NCBI GenBank assembly: GCA_963817725.1
Contig: CAWFPD010000006.1
Span: 19,723-83,722 of the forward strand
Reading direction: 5' to 3'
DNA from: an uncultured delta proteobacterium
Lineage (GTDB): Bacteria > Myxococcota_A > Polyangia > Polyangiales > Houyiibacteriaceae
Length of the DNA: 64,000 bases
Part shown: positions 45,479-55,117 of the stretch, one piece after another
How the letters are laid out: every line of letters starts with the position of its first letter
How positions within the stretch are numbered: the first letter of the stretch is position 1
Translations under genes and position numbers: made by a program
The notes under the pieces: generated by a model
What the model was told of the DNA's origin: nothing
What the model saw: only the letters and a program-made list of their open reading frames with translations
Databases searched by the model: none

Positions 45479-45622
45479 TTAGGCGGGCTTGCGCGCGTGG
45501 AAGTTGGCGCCGTGCACGTGGAGGTCTTTGGACACCTTTTCCTCTGCCGATGTGTTCTTGAAGCAGTCGAAGGTCTCGGTGATCTCGCAGTCGACGAATC
45601 CCGCACCCTCGGCGACGCGCAT
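45479..45622 (-). pseudogene. C-terminal remnant of a class I SAM-dependent methyltransferase
   Basis: Manual translation gives MRVAEGAGFVDCEITETFDCFKNTSAEEKVSKDLHVHGANFHARKPA*. An in-frame stop lies just upstream and no N-terminal domain is present. Confidence 0.35.
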
Positions 45623-45667
45623 CAGATCCTTTCAACCTCTGTAGTTTTTGGCATACCGCGCCGCCAA

Positions 45668-46336
45668 CTAGGGCTCCACCGCGTCATACCCCGCATCGAT
45701 GCCCGGCTTTTCACGCCAATGCGGCGGCCAACTCGTCTGGACCGACGGCCGCGCGACCATGCGCTCGTACCACGCCGCGAGCTTGGGCGTGCGCTTCGAA
45801 AGCGTGAGCCCGGTTCTTACGAGGAACGCCGCACCGGGAAAGAGGACGATGTCAGCGAGGCTGAGCTCGTCGCCCACGAGGTAGTCACCGCCGCGTTCGA
45901 GATGAGCCTCCCATCGTTCGACTTCGGCATGAAGCTTCCGGTAGGCTTTCTCTCGTGGCTCCGGGCCTTGGTCGTCTCTCTTGGCGCCAAGCGCAAACAA
46001 GACCGCATCCTCGGTCTCCGAGTCCACGTACTCTGCCTCGCTCATCAGCACGAGCGCGCGTGCCCGCTCCGCGGTCGAGTGAGGGATCAGCGGCGGCTCC
46101 GGATGCTCGAGCTCGAGGAACAAACAGATCGCGACGCTTTCATAGAGCGTCACGTCCCCGTACCGAAGGATCGGCAAACGCCCACGCGGGTTAAGCGCCA
46201 GCATCTCCGGCGTCCGATGCTCGCCCGAGGAGCGAGGAATCCACTTCGCTTCGTATTCGATTCCCTTCTCTTCCAACGCGATCAGCGCTCGCCATACATA
46301 GGGAGAACCGGAAAAGCAGTAGATGAGGGGCTTCAT
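45668..46336 (-). CDS. Glutathione S-transferase
   Basis: MKPLIYCFSGSPYVWRALIALEEKGIEYE...LNPRGRLPIL..LYESVAICLFLE. Confidence 0.8.
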   Translation of the reverse strand: MKPLIYCFSGSPYVWRALIALEEKGIEYEAKWIPRSSGEHRTPEMLALNPRGRLPILRYGDVTLYESVAICLFLELEHPEPPLIPHSTAERARALVLMSEAEYVDSETEDAVLFALGAKRDDQGPEPREKAYRKLHAEVERWEAHLERGGDYLVGDELSLADIVLFPGAAFLVRTGLTLSKRTPKLAAWYERMVARPSVQTSWPPHWREKPGIDAGYDAVEP

Positions 46337-46475
46337 GTCGTTCGCGGGCACAATGCGAGCACCCTACCGCGGTTGGGCCCCATCCTAAACCCTCTTGGGA
46401 CCAGCATTCGTCGTCATTGATGCTGCAAGTCTCCTCCTTGAGTTTTTTTCGCCTGCATGGTCCCCTTTTTCACGG

Positions 46476-47528
46476 ATGGGCAGGCTCAAGCCAGCACGCT
46501 CGGCCGTCATTGATATGGTCGAGGCCGCGTATCGTCTCGCAGAAGAGGAGTCGGACTGGCTCGAGCATGTCTTGCAGGCGGGCCTATCGGCGATGGGACA
46601 TGCGGTGTTTGCCTCCGGCATCACCTTCAACCGTCCGCGCAAAGGAGAAAGGGTGCGAGTTCAAGCTTGGCGACATGCTGGTGCGTCGGACGAAATGAAA
46701 GCGGCTGTGGTGCAAAATGCCGTTCGCGTCCCCAAGGAAGTGGAGCGCGCGTGGTTTCGCCAGGGTCTGGTCGATACCGCTTCGCACATCTCGGGCGGCT
46801 CACGGCAGTTCTTCGAAGCGATCGTTTCGAAGACCGGAATGGCGGCCGATGCGTTGTTGGTCAACGCGATCGACCCCGATGGACGCGGGGCGTACCTAGC
46901 GATGTTCCTTCCCGAGCAGATCGCGCTCCATCCGGCCGAGCGCGAGCGGTGGAAGATGCTCGGGGCGCATCTGACGGCTGGACATCGAATGTGGGCGGCG
47001 ATCGGATCGGTGAAAGCCCCGTCCACGCCCTTGCCCTGCGGAGCCGAGGCCGTGTTGAATCCCAAGACCTTTGAGGTCATGGATGCTGCGGGTCCCGCCA
47101 AGGACCGCAGCGCTGCGTCCATGCTTCGCGACTCGGCGCGGCGGGTCGACCGTGCTCGAGGCCGCTTGCGAAAAACCGACCCGGACGAAGCCCTTCAAAC
47201 CTGGTGGGCCTTGATGCACGGCCGCTGGTCCATCGTCGATTGGTTCGACTCGGATGGTCGGCGCTTCGTGTTGGGTGTTCCCAACTCGCCCGATCTCGGC
47301 GACCCAAGAGGGCTCACCGAGATTGAGCTCCAGGTCGCGACTTACGCAGCGCTTGGCGAGACCGGAAAGCTCATCAGTTACCGCCTCGGCGTCACCCGGG
47401 GAACCGTATCCCGTGAGCTGAATGCCGCGATGCGCAAGCTGGGGGTCAAGACGCAAGCGCAGCTCGCCGAAAAGATGCGCGGCTTCACCCGGCACTTCAG
47501 ACGCGCCCGCGAAACCAAGGCCAATTGA
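46476..47528 (+). CDS. LuxR-family transcriptional regulator (C-terminal HTH)
   Basis: LTEIELQVATYAALGETGKLISYRLGVTRGTVSRELNAAMRKLGV. Divergent from the GST gene. Confidence 0.7.
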   Translation: MGRLKPARSAVIDMVEAAYRLAEEESDWLEHVLQAGLSAMGHAVFASGITFNRPRKGERVRVQAWRHAGASDEMKAAVVQNAVRVPKEVERAWFRQGLVDTASHISGGSRQFFEAIVSKTGMAADALLVNAIDPDGRGAYLAMFLPEQIALHPAERERWKMLGAHLTAGHRMWAAIGSVKAPSTPLPCGAEAVLNPKTFEVMDAAGPAKDRSAASMLRDSARRVDRARGRLRKTDPDEALQTWWALMHGRWSIVDWFDSDGRRFVLGVPNSPDLGDPRGLTEIELQVATYAALGETGKLISYRLGVTRGTVSRELNAAMRKLGVKTQAQLAEKMRGFTRHFRRARETKAN

Positions 47529-47580
47529 CCGAGCTCCCCGCGGTTCATAGTCGCCATGAGCTTCAAAAAGCAGGAAAAAC

Positions 47581-47600
47581 AACAGGCCGTGCGGCCTGTT
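47581..47600 (+). terminator. Hairpin AACAGGCC-gtgc-GGCCTGTT, a member of a dispersed hairpin family
   Basis: Perfect 8-bp stem, 50 nt after the LuxR stop, with no T-tract. Confidence 0.45.
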
Positions 47601-47723
47601 GAGGCCGCCGACCGTCCTCCCCGACCATCACCAGCTTTCGATAAACGGAATATAAATAGAGGTGATCGAGGTTTTGGATGGCAGGAAGCGCAGGCAATAC
47701 TTTCTACGACTGCGAGGCATGCA

Positions 47724-48173
47724 ATGAAGATGGGTCATTCCCCAGCGGGCCAGGAACCGATCATGGTGGGCCAAATGGCAATTCGTTACCTCATCGACGG
47801 CTCGGCTACGGGCGGTCTGGGCGTCTTCGAACTGACCGTTCCACCGGGCTCGAATGTTCCGCCTCCACACAGCCATACCCACAATGAAGAGTGCGTGTAC
47901 GTTCTCGACGGCCTGCTGCGATATGCAGTGGACGATGACACACGAGATCTGCATCCCGGGGACTGGATGTTCACGCCTCGAGGCGCCGTCCACCAGTTCA
48001 GCAATCCACACGACGAGCTGGCTCGCGCGCTCATCGTCCTGACGCCGGACATCGGGGCTCAGTACTTTCGCGACGTGGCCGCGGTCGTCAATGTCGGTGG
48101 CCCACCCGACCGGGCCAAGCTGCTCGCCGTGATGTCCCGGTATGGATTGGAACCAGCCGCGCCCGCAGCCTAA
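47724..48173 (+). CDS. Cupin-domain protein
   Basis: VPPPHSHTHNEECVYVLDG...GDWMFTPRGAVHQFSN. Confidence 0.65.
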   Translation: MKMGHSPAGQEPIMVGQMAIRYLIDGSATGGLGVFELTVPPGSNVPPPHSHTHNEECVYVLDGLLRYAVDDDTRDLHPGDWMFTPRGAVHQFSNPHDELARALIVLTPDIGAQYFRDVAAVVNVGGPPDRAKLLAVMSRYGLEPAAPAA

Positions 48174-48201
48174 CCTGCCGCCGAGGCCTATAGACATCCG
48201 A

Positions 48202-48223
48202 AGTGAGTGAGTAGATACTCACT
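48202..48223. promoter_or_regulatory. Palindrome AGTGAGT-gagtagat-ACTCACT (inner GTGAGTA-ga-TACTCAC), candidate TetR operator
   Basis: Ends 4 nt before the TetR start at 48227. Confidence 0.5.
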
Positions 48224-48226
48224 TTC

Positions 48227-48871
48227 GTGGCTGCTCCCGCCGAATCCCCCGGAAAAACCGGCTCGGCTCGGAGCCGGCGTGCGGCGAAGACACGGTGGAA
48301 GCTTCTCGACGCCTCCGCGGAGCTACTGGCCGAGCGGGGTTACAGTCGGCTGTCGACGGCGGCGGTCGCGGAGCGGGCGGGGGTCGCGCACGGGACGCTG
48401 TTCAAGCACTTCCCGACCAAGAGCGCGTTGATGGCGGCAACGACGGAGCTCGTGCTGGAAGACGTGATCGGGCAGTTCCTGGAGATGGCCCGGGAGTTCG
48501 CGGGGCAGCCGGAGCCGATCGATCAAGCGCTCCGTGCGGTGTGGTCGCTCTTCCGATCGGACCGCCTGCAAGCGACGCTCGAGCTCTACGTGGCGGCGCG
48601 GACCGACGAGGCGCTGCGAGATGCGCTTCGGCCGATCTTCACGACGCATCGAAGCGCGTTCTTGTCGGCGGCGCGCGCGTTGCTCCCAGCGTCTGCCGAC
48701 GAATCACACTTCGAGTCGAACGTCACGGGCATTCTCGCCACCTTGCTCGGCGGCGCCGTGCTCTGGTCGGTCGTGCCCGAGCCCGAGTTCTTTCAGTCCG
48801 AGCTCGCATTCGTCGACCGAATCGCAAAAGCCGAGCTGGCGCGCATCGAATCGGGCAAGGAGGACGCATGA
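48227..48871 (+). CDS. TetR/AcrR-family transcriptional regulator
   Basis: LLDASAELLAERGYSRLSTAAVAERAGVAHGTLFKHFPTKSAL. Confidence 0.8.
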   Translation: MAAPAESPGKTGSARSRRAAKTRWKLLDASAELLAERGYSRLSTAAVAERAGVAHGTLFKHFPTKSALMAATTELVLEDVIGQFLEMAREFAGQPEPIDQALRAVWSLFRSDRLQATLELYVAARTDEALRDALRPIFTTHRSAFLSAARALLPASADESHFESNVTGILATLLGGAVLWSVVPEPEFFQSELAFVDRIAKAELARIESGKEDA

Positions 48872-50127
48872 CCAAGCGAGCAAACCTCGTGGCGCTCGTC
48901 ACGTTGCTTACCTCAGTCATCTGCGGCCGGGCGTCGGCGAACATCGAGCCGTCCTCCTATGACGCCAAAAGCATCGCCGCCGGCACGACCGGCATGGCCT
49001 ACCTCGACAATCCCTCCGCGCTGGCGATCAACCCCGCGAATCTCACCGGCATCGATCGCGGCGGGATGAGCGTGAACCTCACCCCGGTGCTCTCGGTGTC
49101 GCATGCGCCGCTCTCCGGCCCCAACACCGACGTGCAATCGGACCTCGGCTTTGGGCCGATCCCCAGCCTTTTTGGGGCGGTTCGAGTGGCCGATCGCGTC
49201 GTGCTCGGCTTCGGGGCGTACGCGCTCGGGCTCTTCGGGGCGAAGTATTCGAACGTGCAGGACTTGTACGGGCAGCCGGGCTCGACCGGGGACTTCGAAG
49301 TCACGTTCGTGTCGGGCGAGGCGGCCGTGGGCGTGGGCATCAGGCTCGCCCCGTCGTTGGATCTCGGTGTCGCGCTCCGCGTTCCGTTCGCGCGGCAACA
49401 CGCCACGATTCCCGCCGAGCTCGGCACGTTGATCATTCCCACGACCGCCACCCTCGGTGGCGCTGGATGGCCGGGCGGTCGAATCGGCCTCACCTGGCGC
49501 GCGACCTCGATGATGGCCCTGTCGCTCATGTACCGCACCGTCGCGACGACCCGTCTCAGCGGCGACCTCCACACGGGGGGACCCGTCGAGCTCAGCTCCT
49601 CGGTCACGGCCCGCTTCTCAACGCCTCACGTGTTGTCGGGCGGTCTTGCGTTTTCGTTCCTCCACGACGCGCTCACGGTGGCGGGCGAGCTCCATGTGAT
49701 GTTCTATGAAGCAGCGAACGACAAGCAGACGCTGACGCTAGACGGCTCGGAGCCGCTGCTGCCGGAGACGGCAGACATCTTGTTCCTCTGGCAGAATGCA
49801 TTCAGCCTTCGCTTTGGCGTCGACTATCAGATCAACTCGCGCTTCGCCGTGCGAGCCGGCTACGTGCCGAGCTCGTCGGCGACGACCGCGGCAGGCGCGC
49901 AGCCCGTGGTGCCGCCGCCCGGTTGGAGCCATTCCTTCAGCGCCGGGTTTGGGGCGAGCTGGAAGCGCTTTGCCGTGGACTTCGCCCTGCAGTCGGCATT
50001 TTCGAGCGCGTACGTCGGACCGAGCTCGGACCCCAACGCATGCAGCGGCTTCGTTCGCATCGGGTGCGAAGGCGACTACAAAACCGTCAACGGCTCCGCG
50101 TCGGTGCAGTTCGTCTACAGGAAATAG
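48868..50127 (+). CDS. FadL/TodX/OMPP1-family outer-membrane transporter for hydrophobic compounds
   Basis: Signal MTKRANLVALVTLLTSVICGRASA, then AKSIAAGTTGMAYLDNPSALAINPANL. Beta-barrel-like alternating pattern with a terminal F..YRK. ATGA overlap with TetR. Confidence 0.7.
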   Translation: MTKRANLVALVTLLTSVICGRASANIEPSSYDAKSIAAGTTGMAYLDNPSALAINPANLTGIDRGGMSVNLTPVLSVSHAPLSGPNTDVQSDLGFGPIPSLFGAVRVADRVVLGFGAYALGLFGAKYSNVQDLYGQPGSTGDFEVTFVSGEAAVGVGIRLAPSLDLGVALRVPFARQHATIPAELGTLIIPTTATLGGAGWPGGRIGLTWRATSMMALSLMYRTVATTRLSGDLHTGGPVELSSSVTARFSTPHVLSGGLAFSFLHDALTVAGELHVMFYEAANDKQTLTLDGSEPLLPETADILFLWQNAFSLRFGVDYQINSRFAVRAGYVPSSSATTAAGAQPVVPPPGWSHSFSAGFGASWKRFAVDFALQSAFSSAYVGPSSDPNACSGFVRIGCEGDYKTVNGSASVQFVYRK

Positions 50128-50130
50128 CGG

Positions 50131-51171
50131 GTGGACGCGATGTTGGAACCGACCGACGAGCACTGGCACGCATCGACCAAGCAAGCGCACTGGAACGAGT
50201 CGTTTTATTTCAACGCGTTCGACACGGCCGCGGGTTGGGGGTGCGCCGTCCGGGTAGGGGCCTCGCCCAACGCGTGCACCCGCGACGGGTTCGTCTGCCT
50301 TTTCCTTCCGGATCACACCACCGGATTCATTCGCACCTCGCAACAGCTCACCGGCGACGAATCGCGAATCGTCGCGGGCGGCATCGAGCCCGTTTGCGCG
50401 GAGCCGTTTGAACGCTGGCGGATCACGTATGACGGGCCCATTCACCATTACAGCCGAGCGGCCTCGAGCAGCGACATCCTCTGCACGCTCACCAGCGCTC
50501 CGGAGAAGCATCTGGTGCTCGAGCTCGAGCTCGAAGCGCTGAGCACCGTGGTCGACTACGAGGACCGTTCCGTCCGCATGCGCCCGGTGAGCGAGCTCGT
50601 CCGCTTCGGCAAGCGCGGAAACACGCTTCGAACGATTCAGCGAACATTGCGCGCGCTCGGCGCCCTGCCCGCGATGATGGGTGCGCAACACTACGAGCAA
50701 TCGATGAGCATGCGGGGCACGCTGACCGTCGACGGCGAGCGCCACACCATCGCCGGCTACGGGCAGCGCGACCACTCCTGGGGCGTTCGCGACATGGGGG
50801 TTCCCGCCAGTTGGCGCTGGGTGTCGTGCCAGTTCGGCGACGACCTTTGCTTCAATGCGACCCAAGTCGACCTGCTTGGAATGCGAGTCCAAAGCGGCTT
50901 CGTCTACGCGGCGGGGGAGACCGAGGCCATCGATCGTTGGGGTTACGACGCCACGCATGACACCAGCCCCTACTGGCCCGACTCGATGGAAGTAAGGCTC
51001 GAGACGAAGTCCGGCCGCGAGATTACGCTTGCCGCCAAGGTGACGACGCCGCTGCCTGTCATCGCCGAGCCAGACCGTGCGGACGTTCTCGTCACGGCTG
51101 CCCGGGCCGAGTACCGCTGGAAGGGGCGCACTGCCGATGGTGTGGTCGAGTTCATGGAGCGGCTTTCATGA
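50131..51171 (+). CDS. Conserved hypothetical protein (GQRDHSWGVRD motif)
   Basis: Codon-biased ORF, 4 nt after fadL and overlapping the next gene by ATGA. No confident family assignment. Confidence 0.5.
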   Translation: MDAMLEPTDEHWHASTKQAHWNESFYFNAFDTAAGWGCAVRVGASPNACTRDGFVCLFLPDHTTGFIRTSQQLTGDESRIVAGGIEPVCAEPFERWRITYDGPIHHYSRAASSSDILCTLTSAPEKHLVLELELEALSTVVDYEDRSVRMRPVSELVRFGKRGNTLRTIQRTLRALGALPAMMGAQHYEQSMSMRGTLTVDGERHTIAGYGQRDHSWGVRDMGVPASWRWVSCQFGDDLCFNATQVDLLGMRVQSGFVYAAGETEAIDRWGYDATHDTSPYWPDSMEVRLETKSGREITLAAKVTTPLPVIAEPDRADVLVTAARAEYRWKGRTADGVVEFMERLS

Positions 51172-53825
51172 ATGTCGTCGGCCTGCGATCCCCCGAAGCG
51201 AGGTCTCGGACGCTTTGCGGTGGCAAGGGCGCCGAGCTCGCGGACCTGATCGGCGCGGACCTGCCCGTTCCGAATGGGATCGTAGTGACGACGCGCGCCT
51301 TTTCTTCGTTCCTCGATGGGTTGGGCGTGGCCGCCGCCCGCGCCGAGCTCGCGTCGCCCGGCTGTCAGCGCACCACCGAGCTCGCGAATCACCTGCGCGA
51401 TGAAATCGCCCGAGCCGACGTTCCGCGTGCGCTTGCCGACGAGATCACCGAGAAGCTCGCCGATTGCGAGCCGGGCCCGCATCACACGGGCCTTTGGGCC
51501 GTCCGCTCTTCGGCCATCGCCGAAGACACCGACACCGCGAGCTTTGCAGGGCAGTACGACACGACGCTCGGAGTGAGTGCCGAGCGGGTGCCGGAGGCAA
51601 TTCAGCGCTCATGGAGCTCCGCGTTCAGCGAACGCGCTATCCGCTATAGAAGAGCGCACGAGTGCACCGAGGACCTCATGGCCGTCGTGGTGCAGCGCCT
51701 CCTACGAGCCGACGCCGCAGGGGTTTGCTTCACGGTCGATCCGATGACCGGCGACGACGATATCGTCATCAACGCCAACTACGGGCTCGGCGAGTCCGTG
51801 GTGGGGGGGCTCGCTGCGCCCGACACCTACCGGGTGGAGCCCGAGCGCTACGAGGTCGTGTCGAGGCTCGTAGGAGACAAGAAGGTTCGCGTGGTCGCGG
51901 GCGCAAGCGGCGTGCAAACGCTCGAAGTCTCCGCCGAAGAGCGCGCCGCGCTCTGTCTCACCGAGAACCAGGCCGCGGACGTGGCGAGGCTCGCGATGGC
52001 TGTTGAAAAACAGCACGGCGCGCCCGTCGACATCGAGTGGGCATACGAGGCAGGGACGCTCTTTCTCCTGCAAGCGCGCTCGATCACGTCGCCACGCGCG
52101 TCCCTCGGACCGCCTCCCGCCGGCTGGACACCGGCCAACAACACGCCGATCGACCCGCGGTATCCCCTCTACTCGAACGGAAACATCAGCGAGGTCCTCC
52201 CTGGTTGCGTGACCCCGCTTTCTTGGGACCACACGGGAAAGCTCATCGAGCACGCGTTTCGAGCTCAGCTCGAGGCGCTCGGCGCGCTTAGTCCGGCAGA
52301 TGAAGGAGCCCGTGTGCTGGGGTTCTTCTTCCACAGGCCTTACGTCAACGTGTCGCTCCTGGTCGAGGCCTCGAAACGAACGCCCGGCATGACGCCCGAC
52401 ACGGTGCTCGAAGAGTTCGTGGGCAGGCCCGACGTGAGCACGCCGCCGCTTCGCGCCGAGGACTTCATGCCGCATCGGCTGCCTGCGCTCGTGCGCGTGG
52501 CGAGGGTCGTCTTGATGCACCTCGTGTCCCTGAACCGCCAAATCGACGCGTGTCGCCGCGAGGCAGACGCCGACGCGCAGCGCTTCACCGCAGCGTGGCT
52601 CGCGAACGCACCCGATCGAGTGCTGCTCGATCACGTCCGCATGACCGAAGATCTGGCGAGACCATCCGTCGTCCACGTCTGGGCATCGACGCTTGCCTCG
52701 GTGGCATTTGCCCAGCTTCGGAGGCTCACGGACCGATGGCTTGGCGACGAGGACGGCGCATTGGCCTCCGAGCTCGTGACTGGGATCGAGCGCCTGCCAA
52801 GCGCAGAGCCGGCCCTCGAGCTGCACACGCTCAGCGAGAAGATCGCCTGCTCCGATGAGCTTGCCCGGGTCTTTCGAAGCGAAGCCGACGATGCCTCGGT
52901 CCTCGAGGCATTGCGCACCCATCCCCTGCATGAGGAGCTCGAGCGGTTTCTTCACCAATACGGTCACCGCGGCGTGGCGGAAGCCGAGCTCAGCCGGCTT
53001 TGCTGGCGCGAGGACCCGGCGCAGGTCGTCGCGCTCATCCGGAACAATCTCCGTCCGGGTGCGGTGACGCCCGCGCTGGTCCGCGAGCGTCAAAGGCGCG
53101 CGCATCAGGAAGCGATGAAACGGCTCCACTCGCTGAGCGTCTGGCGGCGACTGTGGCTGCGGCGGCTGATTCGGCGAGCCCGCGCCGGCTTCGTCCAGCG
53201 CGAAACCATGAAGGACCTCGTCATCCGCCGGCTCGATCGCTCGCGCCGCATCTACCAAGAGCTCAATCGTCGATTGGTTCCACGAGGCCTGACCGCTTCG
53301 GCAGACGACCTCTTCTTTTTGGTATGGAGCGAGGTGAACGCGCTGCTCACGGGCTCCCTGACCCCCGAGGACTCCGCGAAGATCATCGAACGGCGGAGGC
53401 GCGACTACCGGTGGTCGCAGCAAGTGGAGGTTCCCAAGATCCAGCGGGGAGCGCCGCGTACGTTGGATCCCGAGGAGCTACCTCACGGATTGGAGCTCCG
53501 TGGCTTGGGAGTGAGCCCCGGCATGGTCACCGGCCTGGCGCGTGTCGTGACGGACCCTCGGCGCGGCTCCTACATCGAGCCCGGCGAAATCCTCGTGGCG
53601 CCCGTCACCGACGTCGCCTGGACACCGCTCTTCTCGCAAGCGGCAGGGCTCGTGGTCGAAGTCGGCGGTCTCTTGTCTCACGGGTCCATCGTCGCGAGAG
53701 AGTATGGCGTGCCGGCTGTCGTCGGGGTGTCGGGCGCGACCCGCACGATTCAGACCGGCGACCGCATCCGCCTGGACGGCGCGCGCGGCCACGTCTTCAA
53801 GCTCGACGCAGAGGGAGGCGCATGA
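51168..53825 (+). CDS. PEP-utilising enzyme family protein with rifampin-phosphotransferase-like architecture (N-terminal ATP-grasp/PPDK_N, C-terminal swivel His domain, no TIM barrel)
   Basis: GGKGAELADLIGADLPVPNGIVVTTRAF at the N-terminus. GVSPGMVTGLARVV...GEILVAPVTDVAWTPLF...GGLLSHGSIVAREYGVPAVVGV at the C-terminus. Confidence 0.75.
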   Translation: MNVVGLRSPEARSRTLCGGKGAELADLIGADLPVPNGIVVTTRAFSSFLDGLGVAAARAELASPGCQRTTELANHLRDEIARADVPRALADEITEKLADCEPGPHHTGLWAVRSSAIAEDTDTASFAGQYDTTLGVSAERVPEAIQRSWSSAFSERAIRYRRAHECTEDLMAVVVQRLLRADAAGVCFTVDPMTGDDDIVINANYGLGESVVGGLAAPDTYRVEPERYEVVSRLVGDKKVRVVAGASGVQTLEVSAEERAALCLTENQAADVARLAMAVEKQHGAPVDIEWAYEAGTLFLLQARSITSPRASLGPPPAGWTPANNTPIDPRYPLYSNGNISEVLPGCVTPLSWDHTGKLIEHAFRAQLEALGALSPADEGARVLGFFFHRPYVNVSLLVEASKRTPGMTPDTVLEEFVGRPDVSTPPLRAEDFMPHRLPALVRVARVVLMHLVSLNRQIDACRREADADAQRFTAAWLANAPDRVLLDHVRMTEDLARPSVVHVWASTLASVAFAQLRRLTDRWLGDEDGALASELVTGIERLPSAEPALELHTLSEKIACSDELARVFRSEADDASVLEALRTHPLHEELERFLHQYGHRGVAEAELSRLCWREDPAQVVALIRNNLRPGAVTPALVRERQRRAHQEAMKRLHSLSVWRRLWLRRLIRRARAGFVQRETMKDLVIRRLDRSRRIYQELNRRLVPRGLTASADDLFFLVWSEVNALLTGSLTPEDSAKIIERRRRDYRWSQQVEVPKIQRGAPRTLDPEELPHGLELRGLGVSPGMVTGLARVVTDPRRGSYIEPGEILVAPVTDVAWTPLFSQAAGLVVEVGGLLSHGSIVAREYGVPAVVGVSGATRTIQTGDRIRLDGARGHVFKLDAEGGA

Positions 53826-55117
53826 CGAAACGACGGCTCGAAGCCCTCCGCTCGGAGATGACCAAATGCACTCGCTGCAGCCTCTGCAAGATGGTGCCGA
53901 TGCCCACGGTGCAAGATGCGAAGTACGCCAACGCCTGCCCGCCGGTGAACGCCAAGCACTTCCATGCGTATTCGGGCGGAGGGCTTCAAGTCATGGCGCT
54001 GTCCCTCGTCGACGGGCGGATCGACGTCGATGAGGACCTCGCGCGCATCGCGTTTGCCTGCACGACCTGCGGCCTTTGCGACGTGTCGTGCAAGTTCATC
54101 ATGGAGGCCGAGCGCCAGGACGTGATCCTCGCCCTTCGTGAGCACATCGTCGCCGAAGGATATGGGCCCGAGGCCCACCGCGGCGCAGCCGAACGGCTCC
54201 GAACGACCGGCTATGCGAACGGGACGCCAAGCGCCGACGCCCGCGATTGGGCGGATGGGCTCGACCTCAAATCGCTCCCGAAAGAACGAGCAGACGTCCT
54301 CCTCTACACCGGCGCCTCCGTCTATGATGACCGAAGGCACGCAACGCGGGCGCGCAAGCTCGCCGAGCTGATGCTTTCGGCGGGTCTCGATGTGGGCATT
54401 GTCGACCCGGAGCCCGACATCGGCCTCGAGGCCTTTTGGACCGGTCACCGCGATCTCGTCGAAAAGCAGGCCGCGCACGTGTGCGATGTTCTCGACGACT
54501 CCGGCGTGTCGACGATCGTCGTCCCGTCGGGCTCTCACCTCGGGCTCTTGCGCGCGCACTATCCGCGCTACGCCCGCGCCCCTCGAGCCAAAGTCGTGCA
54601 TGCAAGCGAGCTGCTGGACGAGTTGCTTCGCCGCGGCCGCCTCTTGCTCCGCGAGCCGATCGAGCGCTCGGTGACGTACCACGATCCTTGCTACCTCGGG
54701 CGCCAAAGCGAGCCTCCGCAGCCGTGGCATGGCGAAGAAAAGATGACGCACGGCGTGCTCACCTACTTCGATCCGCCCAAGCCGATCAACAACGGGGTCC
54801 ATGGCGTCTACGAGCCCCCCCGCCGGGTGTTGGATCGGATCACGGGCATCCGGCGAATCGAGATGCACCGCATCCGCGAGTATTCATTTTGCTGCGGAGG
54901 CGGCGGCGGCGTCCCCGAGGTGCACCCCGACGTCGCGCGCACCGCCGCCCAATCGCGCATCGAGGAAGCCGGGGACGTGGGAGCCGACGCGATCGTGACC
55001 GCGTGTCACCACTGCATCGCGAATCTCGAACGATGGCAGCCCGAGGGTGCGATGCCGGTGCTCGACCTCATCGACCTCGTCTACGAGGCCGCCGGCTTGC
55101 AAGGGAGGGACACATGA
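53822..55117 (+). CDS. (Fe-S)-binding protein with CCG domains (GlcF/HdrD/LutA-like)
   Basis: CTRCSLCKMVP...CP and CTTCGLCDVSC clusters, plus DPCYLGR and FCCGGGGG CCG motifs. ATGA overlap upstream. Confidence 0.75.
   Translation: MTKRRLEALRSEMTKCTRCSLCKMVPMPTVQDAKYANACPPVNAKHFHAYSGGGLQVMALSLVDGRIDVDEDLARIAFACTTCGLCDVSCKFIMEAERQDVILALREHIVAEGYGPEAHRGAAERLRTTGYANGTPSADARDWADGLDLKSLPKERADVLLYTGASVYDDRRHATRARKLAELMLSAGLDVGIVDPEPDIGLEAFWTGHRDLVEKQAAHVCDVLDDSGVSTIVVPSGSHLGLLRAHYPRYARAPRAKVVHASELLDELLRRGRLLLREPIERSVTYHDPCYLGRQSEPPQPWHGEEKMTHGVLTYFDPPKPINNGVHGVYEPPRRVLDRITGIRRIEMHRIREYSFCCGGGGGVPEVHPDVARTAAQSRIEEAGDVGADAIVTACHHCIANLERWQPEGAMPVLDLIDLVYEAAGLQGRDT

Noticed and set aside
45464-46420. 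318-aa plus-strand ORF
   Set aside because: It is antisense to the GST gene.
49738-54868. Long minus-strand ORFs 49738..50958, 51702..53423 and 53750..54868
   Set aside because: They are antisense shadows of the plus-strand operon genes, which carry clear family motifs and translational coupling.
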